Counted from the stretch's first letter, positions 32,144 through 41,763 are shown. The stretch: 64,000 nt of DNA from Bacteroidaceae bacterium (GCA_017555825.1 JAFZFQ010000061.1:9534-73533), one strand, 5' to 3'. Numbers and translations: made by a program. The notes: generated by a model not told the origin, from the letters alone.

Positions 32144-33538
32144 TTATGCTTTTTTCGGATTTAATATACGACGAGCATATACTGCAAGTGCAACAAGACC
32201 GGCAACAAACAGTGTTATGATAATCCATGAGGGGATGGTGTAGTATGACAAAAAGCCACCTGCCGCGAGTATGAGCAGTGATATAACAAACAGGTAGTTG
32301 GGCGCGATTTTAAAGCAGAATCGTGTGTCGAACATGCGGTATATCATCAGGTAGGCATATGAAATAATGAGTGATGCCGATATGCCCATGAGTCCCCATC
32401 GTGTCACTGTAAAGTAGTATAGCATGATGGCCAATATAGCTGTTGATATGATAGAGGGAAGTCCACGGTGTGTCTTGCGCGAGCATTGATATGCAAGGTC
32501 AAGGAACGAACCCATGGCATGCAATTGCACGGCAATGAAGAGAGGATAGATGTATATGTAGCTCTCTTGATAGTTTTCGGCTACGATGTATGGGTAGATG
32601 ATGCGAAGGCCCAATGTACCCAATACAACAATGGCACTGAGGAAGAAGAAATAGTTGTTGAAAATCTTAGAGAAGAATCGGTTGCTATCGGTCGAATTCA
32701 TCTCTTTTATTGCTATTTCCTGCCAGGTTTGATAGAAGATGCCCGATGCTATTTGCAGTATGTTTGAGAACTTTACTGCAATGGCAAAGATGCCGTTGTA
32801 CTCAAGTCCGAGGTGTCGCTCAATGAAAATCTTGCTTGAACTCTCAATAGCCCACCAAGCGAGAACGTTGGGTAGCAAAGGGATAGTGTATCGAAGCAAC
32901 TCTCGACCCACATCCTTTGAGCACTCTTTTCGGTGCTTGATAAACATGGGAATAAACTTGATGCGTATCTCGATAATGGCCAGCGATACTATGCGGCTGA
33001 TAAGGTTAGACAAGAATATCGACAACACGCCCATCTTGAATATCACCAAGAATATAATGCTGAGGATGAGTATGAGCAGTGTGTTGATGATGCCTATACC
33101 TACAAAGAAGCGTGTGAGACCCATACCTCGCACTACCTGTATCATTACCTCGTAGCAGGCATACACGATAAGTGTTGCCACGATAATGGGGTAGTAGGGC
33201 AGGTGCGACAGATAGTAGTAGGCTATAGCCGATATGATAGCTATAATGGTACTGTTGCGCGCGAGTGTGCGTATAACATACGATATAACATCCTTCTGTG
33301 AGTAGGGGCAGCTTTTGTCTATCAAGAAACGAAATGCTCCGTCTCGTATATCAAATGTTATAAACGGTACAAGTAGCATGATGAGGGTTATCGACAAGTC
33401 GAAGTAACCCATTTCTTCCTTGGCAAGGAAGAATGTATACAATGGCATCAATGCAAAGGCTATCAGCTTGGCGCCGACTGTGCCTATTGCATAGATAGAG
33501 AACGTGTTGAGGAATTCTTTACCCCTGTTTCGTGCCAT
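32144..33538 (-). CDS. Oligosaccharide flippase (Wzx, MOP superfamily)
   Basis: 464 aa polytopic protein. The N-terminus FSIYAIGTVGAKLIAFALMPLYTFFL is typical of polysaccharide-biosynthesis flippases. Confidence 0.7.
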   Translation of the reverse strand: MARNRGKEFLNTFSIYAIGTVGAKLIAFALMPLYTFFLAKEEMGYFDLSITLIMLLVPFITFDIRDGAFRFLIDKSCPYSQKDVISYVIRTLARNSTIIAIISAIAYYYLSHLPYYPIIVATLIVYACYEVMIQVVRGMGLTRFFVGIGIINTLLILILSIIFLVIFKMGVLSIFLSNLISRIVSLAIIEIRIKFIPMFIKHRKECSKDVGRELLRYTIPLLPNVLAWWAIESSSKIFIERHLGLEYNGIFAIAVKFSNILQIASGIFYQTWQEIAIKEMNSTDSNRFFSKIFNNYFFFLSAIVVLGTLGLRIIYPYIVAENYQESYIYIYPLFIAVQLHAMGSFLDLAYQCSRKTHRGLPSIISTAILAIMLYYFTVTRWGLMGISASLIISYAYLMIYRMFDTRFCFKIAPNYLFVISLLILAAGGFLSYYTIPSWIIITLFVAGLVALAVYARRILNPKKA

Positions 33539-33561
33539 TTGTATATAAGCTATATGTGTGC

Positions 33562-35901
33562 TTATTTATTCTTTATTCTTACGCGCTCACCGTTTTGGTT
33601 ATAGCCATATCCATATCCTTGCTTGGCAGTAGTTGCGTTGATAACCAACGATACATTGTGCAAGCGATTTTCGCTAACAATGGTGTTGCAGTAGCGTATG
33701 TGGTCGCGTTGAGTGTAGTTGGCGCGACATACATATATTGTTGTGTCTGAAACTCTTGTGAGCGAGAATGTGTCTGATACCATACCTACGGGAGCCGAGT
33801 CGATAATGATGTAGTCATAGCGCTCACGCAATGCGGCAAAGAGGTCGTCCAAGCGTTGGTTGAGCAACAACTCGGCAGGGTTGGGAGGGATGGGGCCGGC
33901 CACAATCACATCCAACATGGGATTGATGTTTGAGGGCACGATAATATCGTCGATAGTAACATCTTCCGACGCTAAGTAGTTGGTGATACCCAAACGCGAC
34001 TTGATGTTCATATACTCGGCCAATTGGGGGTTGCGTATGTCAAGACCTATGATAATGGTGCGCTTCTTCAAGAGTGACAATGATATAGAGAGGTTGACAC
34101 TTACAAATGATTTACCCTCGCCACTTACCGATGATGTGAGCAAGATAACCTTGTCTTTCTTGCCTGTGAGCAAGAATTGAAGGTTGGTACGCATCAAGCG
34201 GAACAACTCGGCTATAGAGCTGGTATCGCCTTCCTTGACAACAACGCGCTCTTTTGAGTAGTTGACGCATACTTCACCAAGGATGGGTACGCGTGTGATT
34301 TGCTCAAGCTCTTCTCTACTGCTAAACTTGGTGCGGAAGAGGAACTTGATGTAGAGGTAGGCCGAGGGAATGAGCAAGCCGATGATGAAGCCGATGATGA
34401 GCAACATCGATGTTGAGAGGCTCGAAGGCTTGTTGTAGTTGAAGGCTCGGTCTACGATTTGACCTTTGGGCGATGTGATAGCCAATGTCAAAGCGTTCTC
34501 TTCATACTTTTGCAAGAGGAAGATATACAACTCCTCTTTGATAACCTTCTGACGATACAATGAGATAAACTCACGCTCTTGTGTGGGCGCTGTGCTTATA
34601 CGTGACGAAATCTTGTCCTCTTGCTTGCGCAACTCGTTGAGGGCAATATCGTTGCTGGCTTTAGAAGTGTGCAATGATGTGATTACGTTCTCGCGTGAAG
34701 CATCTATTTGCTTTTCCAATAGAGCGAGTGCAGGGCTGCCTTCTTTGGCGCTCGTCAGCATATTGAGGCGAGCAAGTATCAACTTGTTGTAGCTCTCGAT
34801 AAAGCTTGCAGCTCCCACTTCCAAACTTGCAGAGAAAGGTACCATTTCGTACTTGTTCTCGGGTTTGCTGATGAAGCTGATAATGTGGTCGATAACTTGC
34901 GACATGGTCTCGGCTTCGATAAGTTGGCGATGTGATTGAATGTTGTTTTCAAGCACGGCCTTTATCTCGGTTTCGATATCCGACAAGTTGTGTTCTTTTT
35001 TGTACTTTTCAACTTGCACTTCGGCTTCGTTGAGTTCTTTTCTTATTATCTCAAGACGCTCGTTGATGAAACGCTCAGAGTTGGTAGCCTCGATATTCTT
35101 CTCGTCGATACCACGTTTGTTGTAAAGGTCGCAAATGGTGTTGAGCAACTCTTTACCATAGCTTATGTAGGGGGTCTCGACGGTGAGTGAGATGAGGTTG
35201 GCCATCTTGTCGGGAATGTACATAGTCACATTCTTGCCCAACTCTTCGGCAGTGTAGTCAAAACCCGAAACGCGTACGTTGTAGTTGTATTCTTCGCCCG
35301 GAATATAATTGGGGGTCGATGTTACGATGAAGTCGCCATAGATGGTATTGAGCTCATAGGGAAGCTCAACATTCTTTACATTGGCATACTCTTTGAAGAA
35401 GCCCGAGTTTACCTTGATATTGGCGCGACCCTCTTCGTTGATTTTTACCTTGAAGTTGAGCGATATGCGCAGTGTATCGCATACGTTGTTTATGTCTATT
35501 ACATCAACGGCATAGTCTTTAAACTCTACCCAGCGATTGAAAAAGTTCTCCTTGAAGATGTGTATTTTGTGCAACTCCATCTTTTGAGCAGTCTCGTGCA
35601 TGAGTGAGTGTGATGTGATGATGTGCAACTCGTCGTCGACACTTACACCTTCGCCCATGAGATTGCCCAATCCCATTTGTTGCATGAATGATCCTACCAT
35701 ATTGCCCGACGATGACGACATGTCGGAGCGTATCATGATGTTTGACACCACTACATACTTGTCTTTGCTTATCTTTGAGTATGTATAGGCTAAACCTACG
35801 CAACAAATGACCGATATAAGAAATATCAACCAGTTGTTTTTGATAGTCTTGGCTATTCCTATGAGGTTTACAGTCTCGTTGTTCAGATTGGATTGGCTCA
35901 T
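33562..35901 (-). CDS. Polysaccharide co-polymerase / tyrosine autokinase (Wzc-like)
   Basis: 779 aa. Two TM helices flank a coiled-coil periplasmic domain. Walker A motif SSVSGEGKSF, and a Tyr-rich tail QGYGYGYNQ. Confidence 0.85.
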   Translation of the reverse strand: MSQSNLNNETVNLIGIAKTIKNNWLIFLISVICCVGLAYTYSKISKDKYVVVSNIMIRSDMSSSSGNMVGSFMQQMGLGNLMGEGVSVDDELHIITSHSLMHETAQKMELHKIHIFKENFFNRWVEFKDYAVDVIDINNVCDTLRISLNFKVKINEEGRANIKVNSGFFKEYANVKNVELPYELNTIYGDFIVTSTPNYIPGEEYNYNVRVSGFDYTAEELGKNVTMYIPDKMANLISLTVETPYISYGKELLNTICDLYNKRGIDEKNIEATNSERFINERLEIIRKELNEAEVQVEKYKKEHNLSDIETEIKAVLENNIQSHRQLIEAETMSQVIDHIISFISKPENKYEMVPFSASLEVGAASFIESYNKLILARLNMLTSAKEGSPALALLEKQIDASRENVITSLHTSKASNDIALNELRKQEDKISSRISTAPTQEREFISLYRQKVIKEELYIFLLQKYEENALTLAITSPKGQIVDRAFNYNKPSSLSTSMLLIIGFIIGLLIPSAYLYIKFLFRTKFSSREELEQITRVPILGEVCVNYSKERVVVKEGDTSSIAELFRLMRTNLQFLLTGKKDKVILLTSSVSGEGKSFVSVNLSISLSLLKKRTIIIGLDIRNPQLAEYMNIKSRLGITNYLASEDVTIDDIIVPSNINPMLDVIVAGPIPPNPAELLLNQRLDDLFAALRERYDYIIIDSAPVGMVSDTFSLTRVSDTTIYVCRANYTQRDHIRYCNTIVSENRLHNVSLVINATTAKQGYGYGYNQNGERVRIKNK

Positions 35902-35931
35902 TATGATATGTGTTTATATGCTGTGTTAAAA

Positions 35932-36741
35932 TTATCTTACAAAGAGTGCAATGCAGAGTGATACGATAACCGATGCTGCCGATGTTACTGCGCTCACTAC
36001 CGACACAAGGTATTGATTTTCTTGGCTGTAACGAGCAGCACCTTGGCGTGCCGAGTTGGGCTCTACATATACGATGTCGTTGCGTTGCAAATAGTAGTAG
36101 GGCGATGTAAAGATGTCGGGTTGAGTGAGGTCTACGCGGTGGTATGTGCGCACACCCTCTTTCTCGCGAATTATCAATACGTTGGTGCGGTTGCCATAGA
36201 TGGTCATGTCGTTGGCTTTGCCCAGCGCATCGAGTATTGTGATGCGCTCGCTACCAAATTCGTATGAGCCGGGCTTGGTTACCTCGCCCAAGATGGTAAA
36301 CTTGTAGTTGGTGCATTGAACAGATACGATGGGATCCTCGACATATTGGCTTATTTGAGCCTTCAAGTAGTTGGTAAGCTCGTCGCGAGTCATGCCGGTT
36401 ACTTTGATAGATCCCAATACGGGGTAGTCGATGTAACCTTCGCTATTGACAATGAATGTTTGCAATGCGGGAGTAGTCATCAACTCGGTTGCACCTGCGC
36501 TGAGGTAGTTTTGTAAAGGAAGATTGAAGATAGCTACGGCATTGGGGTCCATTGCTGTAACCGATATGGCAAGCATATCGTCGGGCTCTATGATGCTTTC
36601 GAAGTTCTTGATAGAGTCGGGTATAACTTGTACAATATCGGCAGTTTTGGCCATTTCGGGGAAGTATATCATCTCCTTTTTGGTTGTACAAGAAGATAGA
36701 ATAAATGCAACAAATGCGAGTGAAAGTATGTATCTTTTCAT
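35932..36741 (-). CDS. Polysaccharide export outer-membrane protein (Wza/BexD/CtrA family)
   Basis: Lipobox FILSSC, reading from the ATG at 36741. Poly_export-like DDMLAISV segment and an SLBB-like region (GEVTKPGSYEF). Confidence 0.8.
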   Translation of the reverse strand: MKRYILSLAFVAFILSSCTTKKEMIYFPEMAKTADIVQVIPDSIKNFESIIEPDDMLAISVTAMDPNAVAIFNLPLQNYLSAGATELMTTPALQTFIVNSEGYIDYPVLGSIKVTGMTRDELTNYLKAQISQYVEDPIVSVQCTNYKFTILGEVTKPGSYEFGSERITILDALGKANDMTIYGNRTNVLIIREKEGVRTYHRVDLTQPDIFTSPYYYLQRNDIVYVEPNSARQGAARYSQENQYLVSVVSAVTSAASVIVSLCIALFVR

Positions 36742-36761
36742 AGGATATTTTTTTAGCGTGG

Positions 36762-36769
36762 CAAAGATA
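36762..36769 (-). promoter_or_regulatory. -7 promoter box (TAtcTTTG on the minus strand) for wza-wzc-wzx-wzy
   Basis: The + strand reads CAAAGATA, about 21 nt upstream of the ATG at 36741. Confidence 0.45.
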
Positions 36770-37000
36770 TTATTTTTTTTTCTATTATTCTTCTTTTTAA
36801 CGAACAAAAGCGGTGTATTATTGTGTTTGGAAGTGAATAAAATCGATGAAAAATGATGTTATTTTATATCTTATTGATACATAATAGAATACCGGCTACA
36901 CTTACTCGCCTTTTTTGAGTTCTTTATATGGGGTGTTGCAATCTCATATTTCGATGTCATAAAGGCGTGTTTTATATGCGGTTTTTTATAAAGAATTTGC

Positions 37001-37008
37001 TATTTTTG
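37001..37008 (+). promoter_or_regulatory. -7 promoter box (TAttTTTG) for the GT2 gene
   Basis: TAnnTTTG match 28 nt upstream of the ATG at 37037. Confidence 0.45.
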
Positions 37009-37036
37009 CACTATAAATTTAAGGCATTGTAGTAAT

Positions 37037-38248
37037 ATGATTTTTTCCTTAATATGTGGTTTTACCACCTTGCAGACGGTGGTCTTGTTGATGCTTGTGC
37101 TATTATTTCTAACCGAGCTCATATATTTGTTTGCAATTTATAACTCGGTGTCGCGCTATGTGCGTCAGGCATCGCTCGGTCGTGTGGCCTATGCAACCGA
37201 TTTGCCCACTGTGTCGGTGGTTGTGTATGCGCATGGCGAGGAGGCCGATAGCCTGCCCCAATTGCTGCCCGCATTGCTTGCACAGAAGTATCCTTCATAC
37301 GAGGTGATCGTGGTGAATGATGGTGTCTCTTTTGAGGTGCAAAATGCCATTGCGCTCTATGAGTGTGAGCACAACAATGTATACCAAACATCGGTTCCCG
37401 ATACGGTCTATAATGTGAGTCGCAAAAAGTTGGGAATAACCCTCGGTATTAAGGCTGCCAAGAATGATATAATAGTGCTTGTTGAGTCGAATTGTAAACC
37501 GCAGAGTGATAGTTGGTTGTGCTCTATTGCACGCAATTTTGTGCCGGGTGTTGATGTGGTGCTTGGTTATACCAGAATGATGGATAAAAATGGCAAAAAA
37601 CAGCGTGGTTTTCAAGTCTTCAATCGAGTGCTTTTTGCGCTTCGATACCTTGCCTATGCCGTCATCGGAAAGCCCTATATGGGTGTGGGTAGTAACTTGG
37701 CCTATCGCAAAGATGTATTCTTTGCCAACAAGGGATTTTCGGCTACACTCAACTTGCACTTTGGCGATGATGACTTGTTGATAAATGAGATTGCCAACGC
37801 TCGTAACACACGCATCGAATTATCGCCCGAGAGTATTGTTGAGAGTTATCACGACGATGTGCAAGGGACGTGGAGTGAGTTGCGAATGAGATATAATTTT
37901 ACATCTAAATATTTGCGCACCACGTCGCGTACAGTCTTTGCTGCAGAATCCTTTTTGTATACTCTCTTTTGGGTGGCTTTTGTAGCCATAATAGCCATTT
38001 TCTTGCCCCAGGCTTTGGTGGCTTCATTGCCCTATATAATAGTCGTGTGCGCAGCGCTGCTCGTAGTGTTGCTCATGTGGTTGCTTGTGTGGTATGTATA
38101 TCGCAGAGTGGCCGCTATCTTGGGCGAGTCTATTCAATCGGGTTTGGTGCCATTTTATTTGCTTGTGCGACCTCTCTTTGTATTTTATTACTCGTTGCGC
38201 GATAAGGGAACTCGCAAGAGTAACTTTACCTGGCAACATTTGCATTAA
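37037..38248 (+). CDS. Integral-membrane family-2 glycosyltransferase (synthase-like architecture)
   Basis: The GT2 core (PTVSVVVYAHGE...YEVIVVNDG, FGDDDLLINE) is flanked by an N-terminal TM region and at least three C-terminal TM helices. Confidence 0.7.
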   Translation: MIFSLICGFTTLQTVVLLMLVLLFLTELIYLFAIYNSVSRYVRQASLGRVAYATDLPTVSVVVYAHGEEADSLPQLLPALLAQKYPSYEVIVVNDGVSFEVQNAIALYECEHNNVYQTSVPDTVYNVSRKKLGITLGIKAAKNDIIVLVESNCKPQSDSWLCSIARNFVPGVDVVLGYTRMMDKNGKKQRGFQVFNRVLFALRYLAYAVIGKPYMGVGSNLAYRKDVFFANKGFSATLNLHFGDDDLLINEIANARNTRIELSPESIVESYHDDVQGTWSELRMRYNFTSKYLRTTSRTVFAAESFLYTLFWVAFVAIIAIFLPQALVASLPYIIVVCAALLVVLLMWLLVWYVYRRVAAILGESIQSGLVPFYLLVRPLFVFYYSLRDKGTRKSNFTWQHLH

Positions 38249-38276
38249 TAAGCGGTATCTGTCTCAAGTAGTGTAT

Positions 38277-38681
38277 ATGAAGAAGTTTTGGGCTTTCATT
38301 CTATTGGCGATCATGTTGCAAGCATGCGAAAATCGCAACGGAGTTGTCGTTGGACTATACAATCACACCGATACAGTGTGTATGTGTGAGCTTGTAGAGC
38401 TGGATTATATGGTCTTGCTCGACAGCCTTGCGCTTGGTCGCGATGAGACTGTTAGGGTGTTGGATCATGCCGATCGTCAAGTTCCTTACCTTGTTACCTC
38501 GTCGCACAAATTGCTCTTTATTCCTGAGCCTATCGAGTCGCATATTACAACCTATTATCGAGTTGTTCCCGGTGTGCCCGATGCGTTTGACTGTGACGAT
38601 ATGCGTGAAATATATGACTTGATGCGCGATAGTGCGCAGTGCGCTTCTGAGCAGAAGGCTTTGAGCATATCGTTGCGATAG
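38277..38681 (+). CDS. Small lipoprotein, unknown function
   Basis: Lipobox ILLAIMLQAC at the internal ATG at 38277. The upstream part of ORF 38085..38681 overlaps the GT2 gene and is rejected. Confidence 0.45.
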   Translation: MKKFWAFILLAIMLQACENRNGVVVGLYNHTDTVCMCELVELDYMVLLDSLALGRDETVRVLDHADRQVPYLVTSSHKLLFIPEPIESHITTYYRVVPGVPDAFDCDDMREIYDLMRDSAQCASEQKALSISLR

Positions 38682-38696
38682 AAATATTTCTATACA

Positions 38697-38745
38697 CAAA
38701 AATAGCACCTGCTACATTTCGATTGTGTAGCAGGTGCTATTTTAT
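38697..38745. terminator. Bidirectional terminator
   Basis: A perfect 15-bp stem, ATAGCACCTGCTACA with TGTAGCAGGTGCTAT, flanked by an A-run on the left and a T-run on the right. It lies between convergent genes. Confidence 0.8.
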
Positions 38746-38794
38746 ATTATATGTATACTCTATCCTGTTGAGACTATAGCCTCGAGTGTAGTAG

Positions 38795-39082
38795 TTATAG
38801 ATTGCGAATGTCAATTTTAGTTTCACCTGTATTTTTGTTGATGGTGTAGATGCTTGAGCGTAGGACGATGTGTATTTCGTTCTCCTCATCTACTACAGTA
38901 CAGATGTTTCTCTTAGGAATTCTATTGAGAGGGTTGTTTTCTGAGCCAAGAATAATTTCATTCTCGGTGATAACAATAGAGCATTGTTGAGCGTAGGGCA
39001 AAAGCATGGCATCGAGGTCAATGTCCTTGCTTGTATGTTCGTTGTTGACGTAAGTGTCATATAGTTTGTTGTAATCGACCAT
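38795..39082 (-). CDS. Hypothetical small protein
   Basis: The 95-aa reading frame from the ATG at 39082 (MVDYNKLYDTY...) is taken as the gene. The longer track ORF would run through the upstream operon terminator. Confidence 0.35.
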   Translation of the reverse strand: MVDYNKLYDTYVNNEHTSKDIDLDAMLLPYAQQCSIVITENEIILGSENNPLNRIPKRNICTVVDEENEIHIVLRSSIYTINKNTGETKIDIRNL

Positions 39083-39132
39083 ATAGAGTGGGTATAAACG
39101 AGAGCATGAGCTATCGGGGTGTGAATAAAATA

Positions 39133-39160
39133 AAAGACTGCCCAAGCGGGCAGTCTTTTA
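39133..39160 (-). terminator. Terminator of the mmd operon
   Basis: Stem AAAAGACTGCCC with GGGCAGTCTTTT. On the minus strand it is followed by TTTTATTTTATT. Confidence 0.75.
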
Positions 39161-39172
39161 TGGAATTGTTTA

Positions 39173-40333
39173 TTACAATAAGAATCCGAGCAATACACCG
39201 GCGGCAACAGCCGAACCGATTACACCTGCTACGTTGGGACCCATGGCGTGCATCAACAAGTAGTTGGTGGGGTCATACTCCAAACCAACGTGTTGTGAGA
39301 TACGAGCCGAGTCGGGTACAGCCGATACACCAGAGTTACCAATGAGGGGGTTGATCTTGTTCTCTTTGCTCAAGAAGAGGTTGAAGAACTTCACGAACAA
39401 TACACCTGATGTGGTAGCGATGATGAATGACAATGCACCGAGACCAAAGATGAGGATTGAATCGAGGGTGAGGAACTCAGAAGCTTGAGTAGAAGCACCT
39501 ACGGTAACACCAAGCAAGATAGTGATAACGTCGATGAGCGGACCGCGAGCAGTCTCGGCCAAACGGCGAGTAACACCACTTTCTTTCAAAAGGTTACCAA
39601 AGAAGAGCATACCCAACAAGGGAAGACCCGAAGGTACAAGGAAGCAAGTGAGCAACAAACCTACGATGGGGAAGATTACCTTCTCGGTGTGCGAAACGGC
39701 GCGAGGAGGTTTCATGCGGATAACGCGCTCTTTTGATGTAGTGAGGAGTCGCATGATGGGCGGTTGAATTACAGGCACAAGAGCCATGTAAGAGTATGCC
39801 GACACTGCGATAGCACCCATCAAGTTGGGAGCAAGTTTCGATGAAAGGAAGATAGCTGTAGGACCGTCGGCACCACCGATGATACCGATAGCACCTGCTT
39901 GCATGGGATCGAAACCAAGTGCAAGGGCAATCATGTAAGCACCGAAGATACCAAATTGGGCAGCAGCACCGATAAGCATCAATTTGGGGTTAGAGATAAG
40001 AGCCGAGAAGTCGGTCATAGCACCAATACCCAAGAAGATGAGCGGGGGATACCAACCTTGTTGTACACCTTGGTAGAAGATGTTGAGTACCGAGCCTTGT
40101 TCGTAGAGACCTACTTGCAAACCGGCATCCATGTTGAAAGGAATGTTACCGATGAGCATACCAAAGCCGATAGGAATAAGGAGCATAGGCTCAAATTCCT
40201 TAGCCACGGCGAGGTAGATGAAGAATATACCGATGGCAATCATGGCGAAGTGTTGCCATGTAGCGTTGTATATACCGGTATATGTCCAGAAGTCGCCGAG
40301 GTTTTGAATTAGAAAATTACCAAATTCTCCCAT
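39173..40333 (-). CDS. mmdB: Na+-translocating decarboxylase beta subunit (methylmalonyl-CoA/oxaloacetate decarboxylase)
   Basis: 386 aa polytopic OadB-family sequence (GIGAMTDFS, NLLKESGV, IGNSGVSAVP). Confidence 0.88.
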   Translation of the reverse strand: MGEFGNFLIQNLGDFWTYTGIYNATWQHFAMIAIGIFFIYLAVAKEFEPMLLIPIGFGMLIGNIPFNMDAGLQVGLYEQGSVLNIFYQGVQQGWYPPLIFLGIGAMTDFSALISNPKLMLIGAAAQFGIFGAYMIALALGFDPMQAGAIGIIGGADGPTAIFLSSKLAPNLMGAIAVSAYSYMALVPVIQPPIMRLLTTSKERVIRMKPPRAVSHTEKVIFPIVGLLLTCFLVPSGLPLLGMLFFGNLLKESGVTRRLAETARGPLIDVITILLGVTVGASTQASEFLTLDSILIFGLGALSFIIATTSGVLFVKFFNLFLSKENKINPLIGNSGVSAVPDSARISQHVGLEYDPTNYLLMHAMGPNVAGVIGSAVAAGVLLGFLL

Positions 40334-40334
40334 A

Positions 40335-40772
40335 TTACTCGATTGTTACGAGAGCAGCACCTTCGAGAACTGACTCTCCTTGTTTAACACTGATAGAAGC
40401 GATTTTACCATCGCGGTCGGCCTTGATGGCATTCTCCATCTTCATAGCCTCGAGGATCATGATAGTGTCGCCTTTCTTCACGGCGTCGCCAACATTAACC
40501 TTAACGTTGAGGATAACACCGGGGAGGGGTGATTTGATTGTACCGGCTCCGGCAGCAGCAGTTGCTGCAGAGGGACGATTGAGGGTTGTAGTAGGAGCTG
40601 CGGGAGTTGTGGGGCGAGCTTTCACTACGGGTTTAGCAACAGTTTTTACAACTTTTTCCATTTCGACAAGGTAGGGAGTACCGTTTACCTCTACGTGGGC
40701 AACGTTTTCTTCGATGTCTCCGATTGTTACCTTATAAATATTGCCGTTGATGGTATATTTATAGTCTTTCAT
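40335..40772 (-). CDS. Biotin carboxyl carrier subunit
   Basis: Ala/Pro-rich linker and a biotinyl-lysine motif LEAMKMEN in a C-terminal lipoyl/biotinyl domain. Confidence 0.88.
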   Translation of the reverse strand: MKDYKYTINGNIYKVTIGDIEENVAHVEVNGTPYLVEMEKVVKTVAKPVVKARPTTPAAPTTTLNRPSAATAAAGAGTIKSPLPGVILNVKVNVGDAVKKGDTIMILEAMKMENAIKADRDGKIASISVKQGESVLEGAALVTIE

Positions 40773-40802
40773 TGTTTTTAGTTTTGAATGTTATGAATTA
40801 GA

Positions 40803-41744
40803 TTATTTACGGGGAAGTTCACGCAAAGAGTAAATCTTTGAGTTCCAAGGAGAGTAGCGACGCTCCACCTTCTCGATAGTGAGCACGGTGTCTTCGTGGT
40901 CGTGTACGTCTTCTTGCAACTCGTGCATAGCCATTGCGATAGCGGCAAATACCTCGCCGGGAGTAGAACCTTTGGTCATAGACTCTTTAGTCTCTTCGTC
41001 AGAGAGGCCTTTAGCCTTAGCAGCAGTGCGCAAAGCCCACCAAGTAGATACTTTGCCGATGCTACCGAAGATGATGAAGAGCAACAAAAGACCAGAGAAT
41101 ACTACAGCCATAGCCGAGATAGCCATACCGATACCGTTGGCATCTTGTACTTGGAACTTCTCCATCTTCACGTTCTTGTCGAGTGTGAAGTTGTTGGTGC
41201 TGGGTGTTACATACTTGCTTGTACCTTCGCCACGAATCTCCCATTTGTTCTCGCCGTCGATGGCGCGAGCGTATGATTGATCTACTGCAAGGATGTTGGC
41301 GGGGATGGTTACTTCGTTGAGAAGTTTGTTACCACCGTCATAGATACCAATCCAAGTCTCTTGAGTGGGGTCAAGTAAGAAGTTTACATGGAACGTACCA
41401 CGCTCGGGTTGTCCGTCGGCCCAGAAAAGTGTGTGTTGGCGAGGCGGAATGAGTGTGAGCACGTCTCCTTTGGGGATGAAGTATGATGCTGTATCACCCG
41501 GAGTGTTGCTAAACTTGAGCATGTGTGAAGCTACGTTGTAGTTGCCGTATGACTTGTTGAACAGCTCTACCCATGCACTGTGCATGCCGTAGTCGTCTTG
41601 GTAGTTGGTCTCGTTTACCATCAACACTTCGTTGATGAGGATTTTGCTACCTGTTTCCTCGCCTTCAACAGCGGGCTTACAAGAAGCAAATGCCACGACA
41701 ACTGCCAGCAACATGCTCAATATTCCAAATTTATTTTTGTTCAT
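40803..41744 (-). CDS. Decarboxylase membrane-anchor subunit: lipoprotein signal + lamin-tail-like domain + OadG-like TM helix
   Basis: Three parts: lipobox VAFASC; an LTD-like segment ILINEVLMVNETNYQDDYG..AWVELFN; and a single TM helix MAISAMAVVFSGLLLLFIIFGSIG followed by a charged tail. Confidence 0.6.
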   Translation of the reverse strand: MNKNKFGILSMLLAVVVAFASCKPAVEGEETGSKILINEVLMVNETNYQDDYGMHSAWVELFNKSYGNYNVASHMLKFSNTPGDTASYFIPKGDVLTLIPPRQHTLFWADGQPERGTFHVNFLLDPTQETWIGIYDGGNKLLNEVTIPANILAVDQSYARAIDGENKWEIRGEGTSKYVTPSTNNFTLDKNVKMEKFQVQDANGIGMAISAMAVVFSGLLLLFIIFGSIGKVSTWWALRTAAKAKGLSDEETKESMTKGSTPGEVFAAIAMAMHELQEDVHDHEDTVLTIEKVERRYSPWNSKIYSLRELPRK

Positions 41745-41763
41745 ATTGAAATGTTTTTAATGA

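Noticed and set aside
38085-38276. The upstream part of ORF 38085..38681, which overlaps the end of the GT2 gene
   Set aside because: It lies out of frame inside the GT2 coding region. The lipoprotein signal begins at the ATG at 38277.
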